Assembly (NCBI GenBank): GCA_024679065.1
Contig: JAGIQG010000010.1
Coordinates: forward strand, 52,886,001 to 52,950,000
DNA length: 64,000 bases
Source: Sphyrna mokarran
Lineage: Eukaryota
Reading direction: 5' to 3'
Below are positions 37,221 to 49,450 of this stretch, in pieces. The position numbers were made by a program, and so were the translations under genes. Below the pieces are notes generated by a model. It made no database searches, was not told the DNA's origin, and was given only the letters and a program-made list of their open reading frames with translations. Every line of letters begins with the position of its first letter. Within the stretch, counting starts at the first letter, position 1.

Positions 37221-38812
37221 GTGTTAGAAAAGGAAATATTTTCTTCCAAATTGAGTAGTCAACACACACCTTTTGCGTCTATAATGTCCACGGAAACCAT
37301 ATAGGGCAGAAGTTTTAAAGCTCCATTGATTAATCCACATAAGCTAAACTGGTTGACTTGTTGGCATAGGAGCAAAATTTAAAGATAAGGGTTAACAGTT
37401 CCCATTCACTGGCCTAATTCTGGAGAATGCACTGTCAAAAATATTAAATGCTGCAAATGACTATCCTAAAGTCTGAGGCACCTCTCCCTCCTATGATCCT
37501 GCATTGCTGAAGTTTCAAACTGGATTTTCAATTACCATGGGGCTGAGAATTGAGTCCAGGCATGTTTAAAAATCATTTACCTAAAGAGCATTTTTGCATC
37601 CCAACATCTCCAATAAGTGCTCCAGTTTTTTAAACAGAGAGTGGAGGGAAGAAACTGGAACCCATTTACCATCAGTAATAGCCCATTAAGCTCTTGAGGA
37701 GCTTTCTAATGTGCCAGCAAGGCCAGGAATTTAAATTTCAGTTGTGAAATTAATAAACCAGTTTCATGCACGTGAGTGCTCAGCTTTTGGGTGAATAGCC
37801 AAAGTGAAAGGTGTTTTTTGCAGTGAAAAGTATCAGGTCTGGGGGAATATTGTACCAGATCAGCAACATTATCTCTCATTTGGATGTGTGGCCAAGAGAG
37901 TTTTGGTGCTGGCCTTTCAAGGGTACCTATATCCTCAGCAAGGAAGTGACAGACCCCATTATTGTTGGCATTTACCTTTTCTGCTCACACTCAGCAGCTT
38001 CCATTTCCATGATCTGCACCATGTGTTAGCCGCTGAGCTTGCCTCCAGCCCAATTAGGACATGTACATTTCAAAAAGTAATTCTCAACCATGTTCCCAAA
38101 TTCTAATACTCTTCACACATCAAAGTGACTCGAAAGGTGTGTCAGACACCTGACCTCATTTTATCAGTAGCAACAGAAATTATAATTTGCACTATTCAGA
38201 GGCCCAGTTCTCATTTCTGTTGGGAAATACTTAGACAAGGAACAACCTCTCTTTTAAGATATTTGTGATATTTTGGCATTCACAACACTATGTGATCATT
38301 CTCAATCCTGCACGAGTCACCTCCACTGTGAGCATCGATTTGCTCAGGCTTGCCAATTCCAATCTACTTTAGAGGTAGATGCAAGATATTTTTCTGCAGA
38401 ATCAAGAATGCCCTACAATGTAAATAATTTGCACTTTCATTTCAAAGTGTCAGAGTTAAGAAAGGAGTGTGTAGACAATATGGTATGAAATTGATACTGC
38501 AAACTTTGCTGATGGAGCAATATCAGAAAATATTTGGATCAAGATTCTATGTTGAACGATTGTAGGAAGAGCAATCAGAACATTATAATGCTACAAAGTA
38601 AGAAGGAGTAGAAAGTGATGTGATGGATGTGAATGCAGTGTTAAGATGTATTGAGTGAAAAATAATATACATTCACATAGCACTTTAAAAAATTATTTAA
38701 ATGTGATAAAGCAAATATTGACATTTTGGTTAAAAGCCCAAAAAAGAATGGAAAATAATTGTATTGACATCGAATGAAATCAAATTAATGTTTTATTTTA
38801 ATGAATAGATTA

Positions 38813-39665
38813 TGTGATGTTACTGTGCCTTTAAGAAATGTGTCGATATCATGTTTCTTGTGAGGGGAATGTTTTATACTTCAACTCCGATTATGGTACT
38901 AACTGTCTATAATTGGCAGCCCACGTGCTGAGCATGCAGAAGAATAATTACTCCTAATTATCGGGATGTTTGTTTTAATCTGAGTTAATACAGTTTTGTT
39001 ATTTTTGGGTTGTCCCCTTGGGTTTCAGAGCAGAGTTTATTAGGCTGATTGACATTCGAGTGTCATGCATTAAGGGGAGGAGGTAGGCTTACAAAAAAAG
39101 CAGACAGTTGCTACTTGACCTTTGAAGCCTGGGACCTGCTAGAAAAGAGGATCTCTCTCTAGGCATCAGCAAAATACAAGATATGTTTTCTCCATCTCTC
39201 TCTTTCTCTGGAATTCTGCTGTTTGAAGACAGGTCATTTTCTGGAAACTTGTTGTCTGAGAGTCAAAAGACAGGTATCTTTCAGTATCTCTGTCAAGATG
39301 TGATAAAAGGCTGGAAGACTAGCAACCTACATAAGCCTGTTGTATTTGCTAACTGAATCTCAACAGGAGTTTATGCCTATGGGGAAATATTGATTAAACT
39401 GGAATTAATAGGGATAGCTAGCACTTAAGAATTAAACCTTGTCATGTTTAAATATTTCGTTTGGTACAAGTTATGTTAATTCTTTTCACTATAGTTAAAC
39501 TGCATTGTTAAATAAAGTTTGTTTTAATAAAAACCTCCGAGTTAGTCAATAGAATCACATCTGGAATGGAACAACTTATGCTCACACTAATGCCAAAACT
39601 AAAAGTAGTTTGGGTCCAGGGTAACTTCATCATATACCTTAGAGTTTCTGATATGGTCCCTAACA
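38813..39665 (+). mobile_element. Solo LTR related to the LTR at 55546-56302
   Basis: TGTGATGTTACTGTGCCTTTAAGAAA start and ...gtttctgatatggtccctaACA end both align with the 55546-56302 LTR; AATAAA near 39510; no PBS follows. Confidence 0.85.
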
Positions 39666-39832
39666 ATTTAAATGTTGTAAATGCTGCAATCGTGTTTGCA
39701 GAATTATAATCAATGCTTGCCACTTCTTACTAATACACAATTATAGATTGTTCTTTTGGCAACTTCTACAACAGGCAACTAAAAATATTCTCATGAACTG
39801 TACCTCGTATTGGAGCTGACTCTATTCCCAAG

Positions 39833-40190
39833 ATAAGAAGTCTGACATCACCAGGTTTAAGTACAACCAATTTATTTGATAGTAAACTCACAAGCTTTTG
39901 GGGCTTTGAGCCTTTGTCAACTGAATGGAGAGTTCTGGTCTCAGACAGAGCACATAACAGTACAGACTGTTTGCAGATTGCTGATTAGAATGCAAGTCTT
40001 TACAACTAACCTGCTATTCAAGTCTTAAAGATGTCGATAACGTGAGCCACATTCTCCATTCACCTGACAAAGGCCAAAGCCCCAAAAGTTTGTGAGTTTA
40101 CTATCAAATAAATTGGTTGGACTTAAACTTGGTGTTGTCAGACTTCTTACTGTGTTTACCCCAGTCCAATGTCGACATCTCCACATCATG
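39833..40190 (+). mobile_element. Penelope-derived element with long inverted arms and a perfect 12-bp TSD
   Basis: Arms 39834-39931 and 40053-40149; TCTATTCCCAAG at 39821-39832 and 40191-40202. Confidence 0.85.
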
Positions 40191-40879
40191 TCTATTCCCA
40201 AGGACCAACATTCAATTTTCAAATGGCCATTGTATTTCAATTGAAATGCCTTGAGTTTTATATATATAGTCGTAACATGGAAATCACAAAGATAACTTAA
40301 AATTAAGTAATTCATTTTGATTTACGATGTTTTATTTTATTTAACATAGGCTATTTCCACTTGTCTTAACTAGTAATTTCATATCTTTAATATATCAAGA
40401 ATCCAAGTATTAAATTCACAATACTTTTGATCCAGTGACCATTGAATTAGGCATTATATTTCTCCTGTTGCCACATCATCAGTTACTCTTTCAGTGTGCC
40501 ATTTCTGATCAGCATTTGTTGCTTCTGCAGTCTGAATGAAGTGGAATAACTTGCTCAAAGTATCACAAAATATCCGGGAACTGCACGTCAAAAATACAAC
40601 ATTGAAGACACTGATCTTGCTTTTTAAACATCCAAGTAAAATCTACTGCTTGAATGACTTATATCAAAATCTAGAAATTCGTAAGTTACGTAAACCTTCT
40701 CAGCAACCATATTAAAACTAATAATTTCATGAACTTTGGCGAGCGTGTAAAACAAAAAAACCGATGAAGAGCAACAAACAGAGGAGGGAAAAACATGGAA
40801 TTCACTCAATGAACTAATTTCAAATGTGTTTTGCAGCCCTGATCCATGTAGGTACAGTATATGCCATTCTCTGTAGAGA

Positions 40880-41190
40880 GGATGAAATCAATGCACATGA
40901 CAAGCCAGTTAATTTAACATCAAGGCTGTAGTTAGGCTTTAGAAAAAAGTAATCAAGGAAGAAATTAACATTTACTTGGAGCGGTCACATTTAATTAAGG
41001 AAATCCAGCATGGGCTTGTAAAAGATAGATTGTGCTTTATTAATCTAGCTGCTAGCCTTTGTACAGCATTAATAAATACCTTATATGTTCCCGACAAAGT
41101 CTGTGAGCGTGCATCATTACATGGGCAACGAGGATAAAATAAACTTTGAGAACACTGACTGGATTGCTCACAGAGAATCAGCATGGACTC
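40880..41190 (+). mobile_element. Degenerate CR1 fragment
   Basis: aaggaaatccagcatgggcttgtaaaagatagattgtgc (QHGF...CLTNL-like) then a tail-like segment. Confidence 0.55.
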
Positions 41191-42189
41191 AATAGGTGAA
41201 TGACCTCGTGTATCAGAATGACTTTATGACAGATCAAGCATAAACCAAAAACTAACTGATTTTTACTAAGACCCTACTGAATGCATAGAAAATGACAAGC
41301 ACCAATAATGAAGCCCCAAAATTTAACATGTACATGAGTTTGTTTCTAACCATAATGTACCACACATATATGTACAAATACACAAATGTGAGAGGAGGCG
41401 AGCATGGTTTGCAAATACAAAAGCTTTTTCATCCCACGCAGGTGCTCAAATCCTAATTGCTTTTCTCATCAACAGCCCTGGCTCGAGCTATTCACTAACA
41501 CTGTTGCATTATTTGGGAGTGGTTTCCCACAGTACAATAACAACTATATTTCAAACGTACACATTAGCTATCAAGCAATTTGGAACATCTTGAGTTTGTA
41601 AAAATCACTATCTGAATACAAGTCTTTCTTTGTACATCAAGCTACATGCCAGAATTCCAGATGGCATGGTCATTTTAGCTGCAACTGGCAGTTAGTTTCA
41701 AAATGAACAATAAAACCCAGCCGAACAGAAACACAACAGTGTCAGATTCGAGTTGGAGACAGGGCTGGTATAATCAAGGGAATTGCCTTTCTACGAACCA
41801 GCAGAGAAGGTGTTGAGTGGAGAAGAATATTCCTTTGAATTCAGAAAGAGGAAATTAAGAAAGAATGTCTCTGAACAACAGGGATTGAATAATTCACTGT
41901 GATCTGGAGGAAAAGATACCTTTGAAAACTACAGAACAATGCCCCATTGGGAAAGTGTAAGAAGTGGGAAGAATGCCTCAGTGAATTTGGAGAATAGAGA
42001 GAAGAGCAAATATCATATCAACTGCAGAACAAAGCTGAAAGTGAATGAGAAAGAAAGGAGCACCTGTGAAAAGGAGCAATGCAAAAACCTTTGTGAAGTA
42101 AAGAGTGCCTAGTATATTACTTGATGGTTTTTAGATTCAAGCAACTAAACTGGAGTCAAGAAACCAAGAACAAAATGAATCACTAAGAG

Positions 42190-43190
42190 TATGGGGTGAT
42201 AAAATACAACCAACGTTGATTTGTGTCTAATACAATTGAATTTCTGAATGAAATAGTTGATGTTATGTATATAGTCTTTCAGATTGTATTAAATAAAGTA
42301 CAACATGATGGGCTTCATTTTTACTAACAAGTTTATGAAATTAAAGGGGGTGTAGCAGCATGGATATGAAAGAGACTGAGAGACAGAAAGTAGTGAATAG
42401 CAATGAACTTCTTTCAGATTGGTGGGAAGCATACAGTGATGTTCCCCAGAAACTGGTATTAGGACTGCTGTGCTTTTTATGCATCTTAATGACTTGGATA
42501 GAGGGGTATAATTCCAAAGTTTGCGAAAGACAAAGTTTAAAAGCATAACAATGCATTTTGGAAGAAAATTGAGGAGACGCAGTATAAACAAATAAATTTT
42601 AAAGACACTCCAAGAACAGAAAGACACACATTTATGAAACGGCCAAGACAAATTGACAAATTTACTGGTCAAGCTGGAGCAGGTGTATTATGTCCAATTC
42701 TAAGCACCATACATCAGACAAGATTTTAGTGCCTTTGACAGGGTGAAGAAGAGATTTACCAGAGGGTACCAGGAATGGGGGAATTTTGTTTTGTGGGGAC
42801 ATTAGAGAAGCTGACATTTTTTTTTAAAAACGAAAGATAAAGGGAGATTCACAAGAAGTGTTCAAAATTATAAAAGGTTTCATAGAATAGTTAGGTAGAA
42901 ACTGTTTCCACTGAAACTACAGACACAAAATAATTATTGGCAAAAAACCAAGGAGAGGTGTGAATTACATTTTCACTCCGAATCATCATGATCTGGACTG
43001 CATTGCCTAATGGCCTGAGGAAGCAGATTCAATAGAAATCTTTGAAGGAAAATAAATTATAAACTTGAAAATGAAAAAGTTGCAGGGCTTGGGGTAAGAA
43101 TTAAGGAATGGGACTTAAATGGAGCTTTCAGAGAGTTGGCAAACGCATGATAGAACAAATTACCTCCTTCTGTGCTTTATTATTCTATAA
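42190..43190 (+). mobile_element. Old CR1 3' portion
   Basis: gttccccagaaactggtattagga, aagtttgcgaaagaca (KFADD-like), atctggactgcattgcct, tail ccttctgtgct. Confidence 0.7.
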
Positions 43191-43898
43191 TAAATAGGAA
43201 TCGGAAACCTAGGAGAATGGAAAAATCACAGCAGCAATTGGAAGGCTGGAGAAACTTGAAACTGAACATGTAATCAGAGGCTTTGAGACAAAGTAATTAA
43301 TCTCAGATTCAGAAGCTCAAGGTCCCTCAATACTGTTTGTTTATGTAGTTTCGAACCTTCCTTAAATTTCAAAAATTGTTCAGAAGCGAGAGATGTTTAA
43401 CATATAACTAAAACATAGGCTAGTGACAAAAAGTAAATCCATTCTACAGTTTTTTTTCCCAATCAAGAACATAGGAACAAGGAAATCGTAAGCTCATGAA
43501 CAGAATAGCAAACAGCATTTGTTTATTCACTTCCTGAAATAAAACTCTGAGCAGGTTCAATTTCCAGTTTGTTTGGAAATACTTTAGAAAAAGGAAAGAA
43601 TATGCACAGGATGATGACTCAAGACTCCTAGTCATATGCAGGTAACGTGCTGGGAAATTCTAGAAAAAGTGTTTTAATCTCCTCTGCAAATTTTGTTACT
43701 GTGAAAACATCAATTAATCCCAGGCCTTTGAAGCTGGTCTCGACATAAAAGTAGTTAAAAATCAATTCAATCGGCCATTGTGCAACATAATCTTTTTTGT
43801 CTTAAACTTTGCTTTGGACATTTGAGGGAAAAATCTAGATGAGATTTTGTTTCAAAAAGCATTGAATGGTTCATCAACAAACAGTGACTGACTGTTAC

Positions 43899-44170
43899 GG
43901 AGGAAGGGGAGGGGGAGGCGGGGAGGAGGGGAGGCGGGGAGGGGGGAATGGGGGGGGAGAGAGAACGGGGGGGAGAGGGGAGAGAAGGGGGCGGGGGGCG
44001 GGGGCGGGGGCGGGGGCGGGCGGGGGAGGGGGCGGGGGGGGGAGGGGGCGGGCGGGGGAGGGGGCGGGCGGGGGAGGGGGGCGGGCGGGGGAGGGTGGGG
44101 AGGGGGGCGGGGGGAGGGGGGGGTGGAGGTGAGTGGGGGTGGAGGTGGGAGGGGGTGCGGGGCGGGCCGG
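43899..44170 (+). repeat. Extreme G-rich low-complexity tract
   Basis: Runs of G interrupted by A or C; source of the spurious poly-Pro and poly-Gly ORFs. Confidence 0.9.
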
Positions 44171-44179
44171 GCAGGCAGG

Positions 44180-44910
44180 CGGGCTTGGCAAGTAGCACAG
44201 TGCGTCATGGGGTCAGGATAAGGGACGGGACAGGACAGGCAGTCACGGGGCCGGGGCAGGGGTTGGTCGTGGGGTCAGGGTGAGATGGGCAGTCACGGGG
44301 TGGACAGTGGCAGAGCTGGGCGAAGCAATCAGTTGGTCGCAGGGCCAGAGGGCAGGGCAGGCAATAGGTCATGGGGTCAGGGTGGGGCATTGCGGGGCTG
44401 GGGCAGGGCAGGCGCTCGCAGGACTGGCAGGGCGCAGTGTGTGGCTATCAGGGCAGGAAGAAGTCAAGCAGTTGACAGGGAGTGGAGGGAAGAGTCGAGC
44501 TGTTGGGGGGGGGTGAGGGGCAGTCGCAGAATCAGAGCAGCAAAATTGAGGGTCGGGTGATTGTGGGGAGTCGTGTGAGTGGACTCTGTAGCCGGGTGAT
44601 CTGGTTAAGTCATTGGGTAATCATAGGGGGTAGTCGGGTTCATTATTGGGTTCTCAAGTGGGTGGGCTGTGGAGCTACTCAACTTTCAGATCAGGTTTGA
44701 ACTAACAAATCCTGAGTCGTAGTCAAGTTAAGTTCCAAGGGTCTACGCTAAACTGAGAGCTGGAGACTGTTCCCCAGCTGCATAAATCAGTCCGTCAGAA
44801 ATTAAACTTCCCAGGCAATTCCCACATTTGCCTAAGCGTCAGGTCCTCCGCAGAGTCCTATGATGCATCACATCAGGCACACTGTGACCCTGACATCAGA
44901 TGATTTGTGC
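44180..44910 (-). mobile_element. Unclassified GC-rich interspersed repeat, related to 48880-49450
   Basis: Minus-strand gaattgcctgggaagtttaatttc resembles gaattgccctggaagtttgaacttc at 48952; both continue into C-rich simple sequence. Confidence 0.45.
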
Positions 44911-45083
44911 CATGTTCTAAAACAACATTTCAATTCAAACTCCACTTTTCAATATTTTAGGAATCCCACACCCTATTGAACCAGTCAGCCTCTTTCCATA
45001 ATCCACGTGGGCTCCTTTTCAAGCTATCAGGGAACCCTGTTCCTTTTTACCCCATTGCCAGCTGCTTACTGCTTTAAAACATA

Positions 45084-45197
45084 GGGCAGAATTTTCCAGT
45101 TCTGTCTGCCACAGGAATTATAGTAAGTAAAGGCTGGGCATTGACCTCGGGCAGGATTTTCCAATCCTTGGGTGAGCGCAGCTGGAAAATCCTACCC
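45084..45197. mobile_element. PIF/Harbinger-type MITE
   Basis: TIR GGGCAGAATTTTCCAG / CTGGAAAATCCTACCC; 3-bp TSD ATA on both sides. Confidence 0.75.
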
Positions 45198-48100
45198 ATA
45201 GTGTGCACTGTTGTTGAATTAAGACTTACCAATTAGCTAGAAGATTTTACGATGGGACCTCATCAAAAAGATTAACTTTTTGTCAGTAATACCAAATGGT
45301 TTGAACTGGTTCTCAGTAAAGGTAACCGACTCAGCCAATTAAATAGATGATGATGCACTTGGCTTCCAAGTACCCTCATCTCATTTTGGATGATACAACA
45401 CTACTCTCCCACTGCTATGACATTCATACACACCAACCCCTACACATAATCTATTTCTCACTATTTCCATTTCTCTATTCCTATGCACATCTTTCGTTCA
45501 ACACACCAAGTCTGTGTCTGCATACATTTATGTTCCTCTCACTGAATTCACGTCACACACGCACGCACATGCTTCTCTGTCTCATTCCATATATCCCTTT
45601 TCTGTCTCCTTTCATCCGCTGATCAGGTCTGCAGCTAGACTCAGGCCTCTGACCCTGCTGACATGCTAAATTTAAACCCATGACCCTGACACTATTGGCC
45701 TATTTAAGGGAGCTGCTGAACGTGTGCAGGCTGGCCAAAGAGCAGGTGCAGGCCAGGAGTGCGGAAAATAGTCCCCTGTGGCCACACAGTGAGAAAGAAA
45801 TCATCTTGGGCCAATTCTAGGGGAGGTTTAACAGTCCAATGATCCAGAAAGACTAATCAAAATAATCCAATGGGATTTCGATAGATATTTATTGATAATA
45901 TCTTACTTTTGAATAAGTACCCACCAACTTTTCAATTCCCTTAAGAACACAAAATTTAATTTGAAGCTTTTCTTGTCATATCTGCCACACTGTACTCCAG
46001 AGGATAAACATCCAGTTAGCTCTTTCACACATCGTTAGTTATTGTTAAAACAGTTGTTAGGGAATTTTTAAGTTTTCTTTCCATTCATAATAATGTCACA
46101 CAATATTGTTTTCTTCTGCAGAAACACCGATGCATTTACATGAACTACAATGTACCTTAATTTGTCTATTCAAAGACTAAACTGTACCACAAGATATGCA
46201 TTTCAGTTTAATATATAGCTCTCAACTGTAAGGCCTATCTTGTATAGAAGGCAATGAACAAGGCTCTACCCCAGGGATCTAATGTACAAGAAATTATTCA
46301 AAAGGGACTACAAACTTCGACAGAAGAGTAGAAATTGGAGATGCCTCACAACCCATGTGAACAGAACTTTTGAACCCTTGGCAATAATAACATCTTTGTA
46401 ATTTGAAGGCAAGGGAAAATTGTATGGCTGGTATCACATCACTATTTTCCACATAATGTGCCTGTGAGTGATTATGCCTGGCATGCCCGTAGGCTGAAAT
46501 CATAGGAAGCAACTGCATCCAAATGACACTAATTGTAATAAAACTGGAAGATCACAGTTTTAAATCTCATTTAGGCCTTTCACCCCTTCTTTCATACACT
46601 GTTCAAGTAATGTACTTTATGAACTCTATCTCCCAGTCTTTGACATTTTCTCAGGCTCTCTGTTTTGTTTCTCTGTAAGCTTTAATCTAGTAAAGTGTAC
46701 AGCACAGCGACTGATAAAAGGAAATAAAGATCTTGAGCATATAATAGCTTCTTGCTGCAAGAAACTAAAACAAATTAAAATTAGGGGAGTAAATAAAATC
46801 AACAGTGAGAAAACCCAAGATATTAGCTTTTGTAACAAATTGTTAAAAACGGAAAAACAATTACATTTAAAGTCACAAGTGCTTACAGAATATTCTTACA
46901 ATTAAAATGCTTGGAAGACTTAACCATCACATACATGCACCACATCATGAAATCAGGGTCAGTAATAAACTGAAGTAACAACAGCTGCTAACTTAGCAAA
47001 TATTTTTTAGAAATAAATGTAATTATTTCTGCAAATTTATTTTCATTCATCTTTTTAATAATGACTAATATGCTATGAACTAAGAACCAGTTACATTAAC
47101 ATAAACATTAGAAAATTGGATTGAAATATTTCCTTCATTCCAGAGGTTCCATGAAAATTTAAGTTATGTTGTAAAGTTTAGTATATTTCATCTATATAAC
47201 ATTACTAAAGACAGATAATAACTTTGAAGAGTATTACGCATAGTTTTGAAAGCCGAAAGGCCAGTAAGTTCTCAGTCAATTCCACTAGTAATATAATCAT
47301 ACCCCACCTTATTTCCTTCGTCATTCAAAACAAATTACATCTCATTTATATAATAACCCCCTGACTTCCTCTTGCATCATGTACCTTTAGAGGCAATGTA
47401 GTATGCTGATCAGTTAGAGAGGCTCCTTTTTATTCCACACAGCTTTAATTTAAGAACAGTACACATTTATGCAATATATGCCATTCAGCCCTTCAAGCCT
47501 GCTCCACCATTCAATTAGATTGTGGTTAATCTGTCCCTCACCTCCATTTATTTATCTTTATTCCATATCTCCTGCCTAACAGGAAAAGAACACTGACCTG
47601 AGTCTTGAAAATTGCAACTAATTCAACATCTGCCTTTTGTGGGTGAGAGTTTCAGATTTTCCTGTGTGTTTAGGCAATGACCATTGAGGAAATTATAATA
47701 TTAAGAAGATTACTTCAGTTAATTATTGTAATTTATTATAAAATTGCAGAAAGAAAATCCATTATGGTTTCCAATTTATCGAATAATGCAAAGTCATCTA
47801 GACAGTAGACAGTAAACATATAGACAGTCACTGGTAGTACATAGTTTACTTTTCTAATTTGGTTAAAAGTCATAGTAATTCATTATCAGATTTTGAACAT
47901 ATAAAAGAACTTATGAGCCAGGAGCATGCAAAACAGTGATTGAGTCTTTGAAATAAAGCTATTGGAAGTATCTTTTCCAAAGAATCTTCCTTTGCGTCTT
48001 TCTAAATAACTCTGTCACGTTATTTAAATGTTAGCCTTTATGATGGGTTTGAAAACATCAACTTTATTTTAAAAAAATAAATCTGATCAATACTTTGATA

Positions 48101-48879
48101 CTTGTGGGTTAAGCTGCTATTCATTCTATACTACTGCAAATCAACAATAACCAAACAACACTGGTTATTTGAACAGTTATAGAGAGGACAATCTCAGCAC
48201 ATCTGCTTAAATTACATGCAATTTATTAGTTGTGCATATTTTTGACACAAATACATATTCTATGAAATTGTACACAGTCAACTTTTGCTATCTTTGAAGG
48301 TGTGTCTAAAATACTTTCTACCCTTAATATTTACTCTATTTGCTACATTTTATTCCATTCTAAGTGACATGTCTACCCAAAAATATTTGGCATTATTCTG
48401 CATGCAACTGTTTATTTGCAATGATTTGCATTCCAAAGCAAACTTCCAGTCATCATTTAACATCTAATAGCAATCAAGTGAAATCACTGACCTGCAATGA
48501 AATCTCAGAGTGAGCAAGCCACATCAACTGCAAATACTGATTCACAATCAGAAGCATTCAGCTGACATCACTAGTGTTCAAGTGATAAAGCTGAAACATC
48601 ATCACCAGCATCCACAAAGACATTGAACCTTACATTGTGGGAAACTATTCGTAATCATTGTTAACAGATATATGATAGTTCTAAATTCCCAGTGTGTAGA
48701 TTGTACATTGATGTTAAACATTCGATGTAGCGATTATTAAAATGGTGCAAACATGTCTGCTTCCCAATTTTCAGATATCCCATACTGAAGAGTGGCATAA
48801 AGTGAAATTGCTACCATAACACAAAAGATATGTTGAATTGGGACACATTAACAGATTTTTTAATTAATTTGATGTGACC

Positions 48880-49450
48880 TTGATTGCATCCCAAATGATG
48901 TGCTGGGAACACCCTGGAAGTCCAGGAGATGCACCAAGAAGGACTGCATAAGAATTGCCCTGGAAGTTTGAACTTCCAATGAGCAATTACCCCACATCTA
49001 GAATCCTCCGAAACTCCAATTTATGTTAGAGACTTCAGATAGTTCAGACTCTCTCAGCAGGACAGTTGCACAAGAAAAGTTAGAAGAATTAAAACCATTT
49101 CTAATTCCTGGGTAGCTATGGTGCTGATACCTAAGCTTTCTCCCACCATCCTGATCCTCCACTCTACAACCATGCCCCCACACCGCCGCCCCCCCACCAA
49201 CTATCCCCCAACCCCTTGACTATCCCCATCCTCATCAACTACCCCAAAACTACTCTGACTGTCCACACAATTCCCCTCTGGCTCCAGAACTCCACTGACC
49301 CCCAATCCCTCCTGACCTCCCCTGCCCTTAACCCCAATACCACATCCCTTAAAGTCTGAGATGAAATCTGGCACACAGGCCAGATACATTTCCAACAGGT
49401 CTGAGGGAGAAAGAGGAGCAGGCAAGCTCAAAGTCGGGTGTGTTAGCTAC
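48880..49450 (+). mobile_element. Unclassified GC-rich interspersed repeat
   Basis: Shares a motif with 44180-44910; C-rich internal stretch 49140-49350. Confidence 0.4.

Noticed and set aside
43767-44560. Proline- and glycine-rich ORFs resembling formin or extensin
   Set aside because: They are translations of a G-rich simple tract that is open in most frames, with no domain context.
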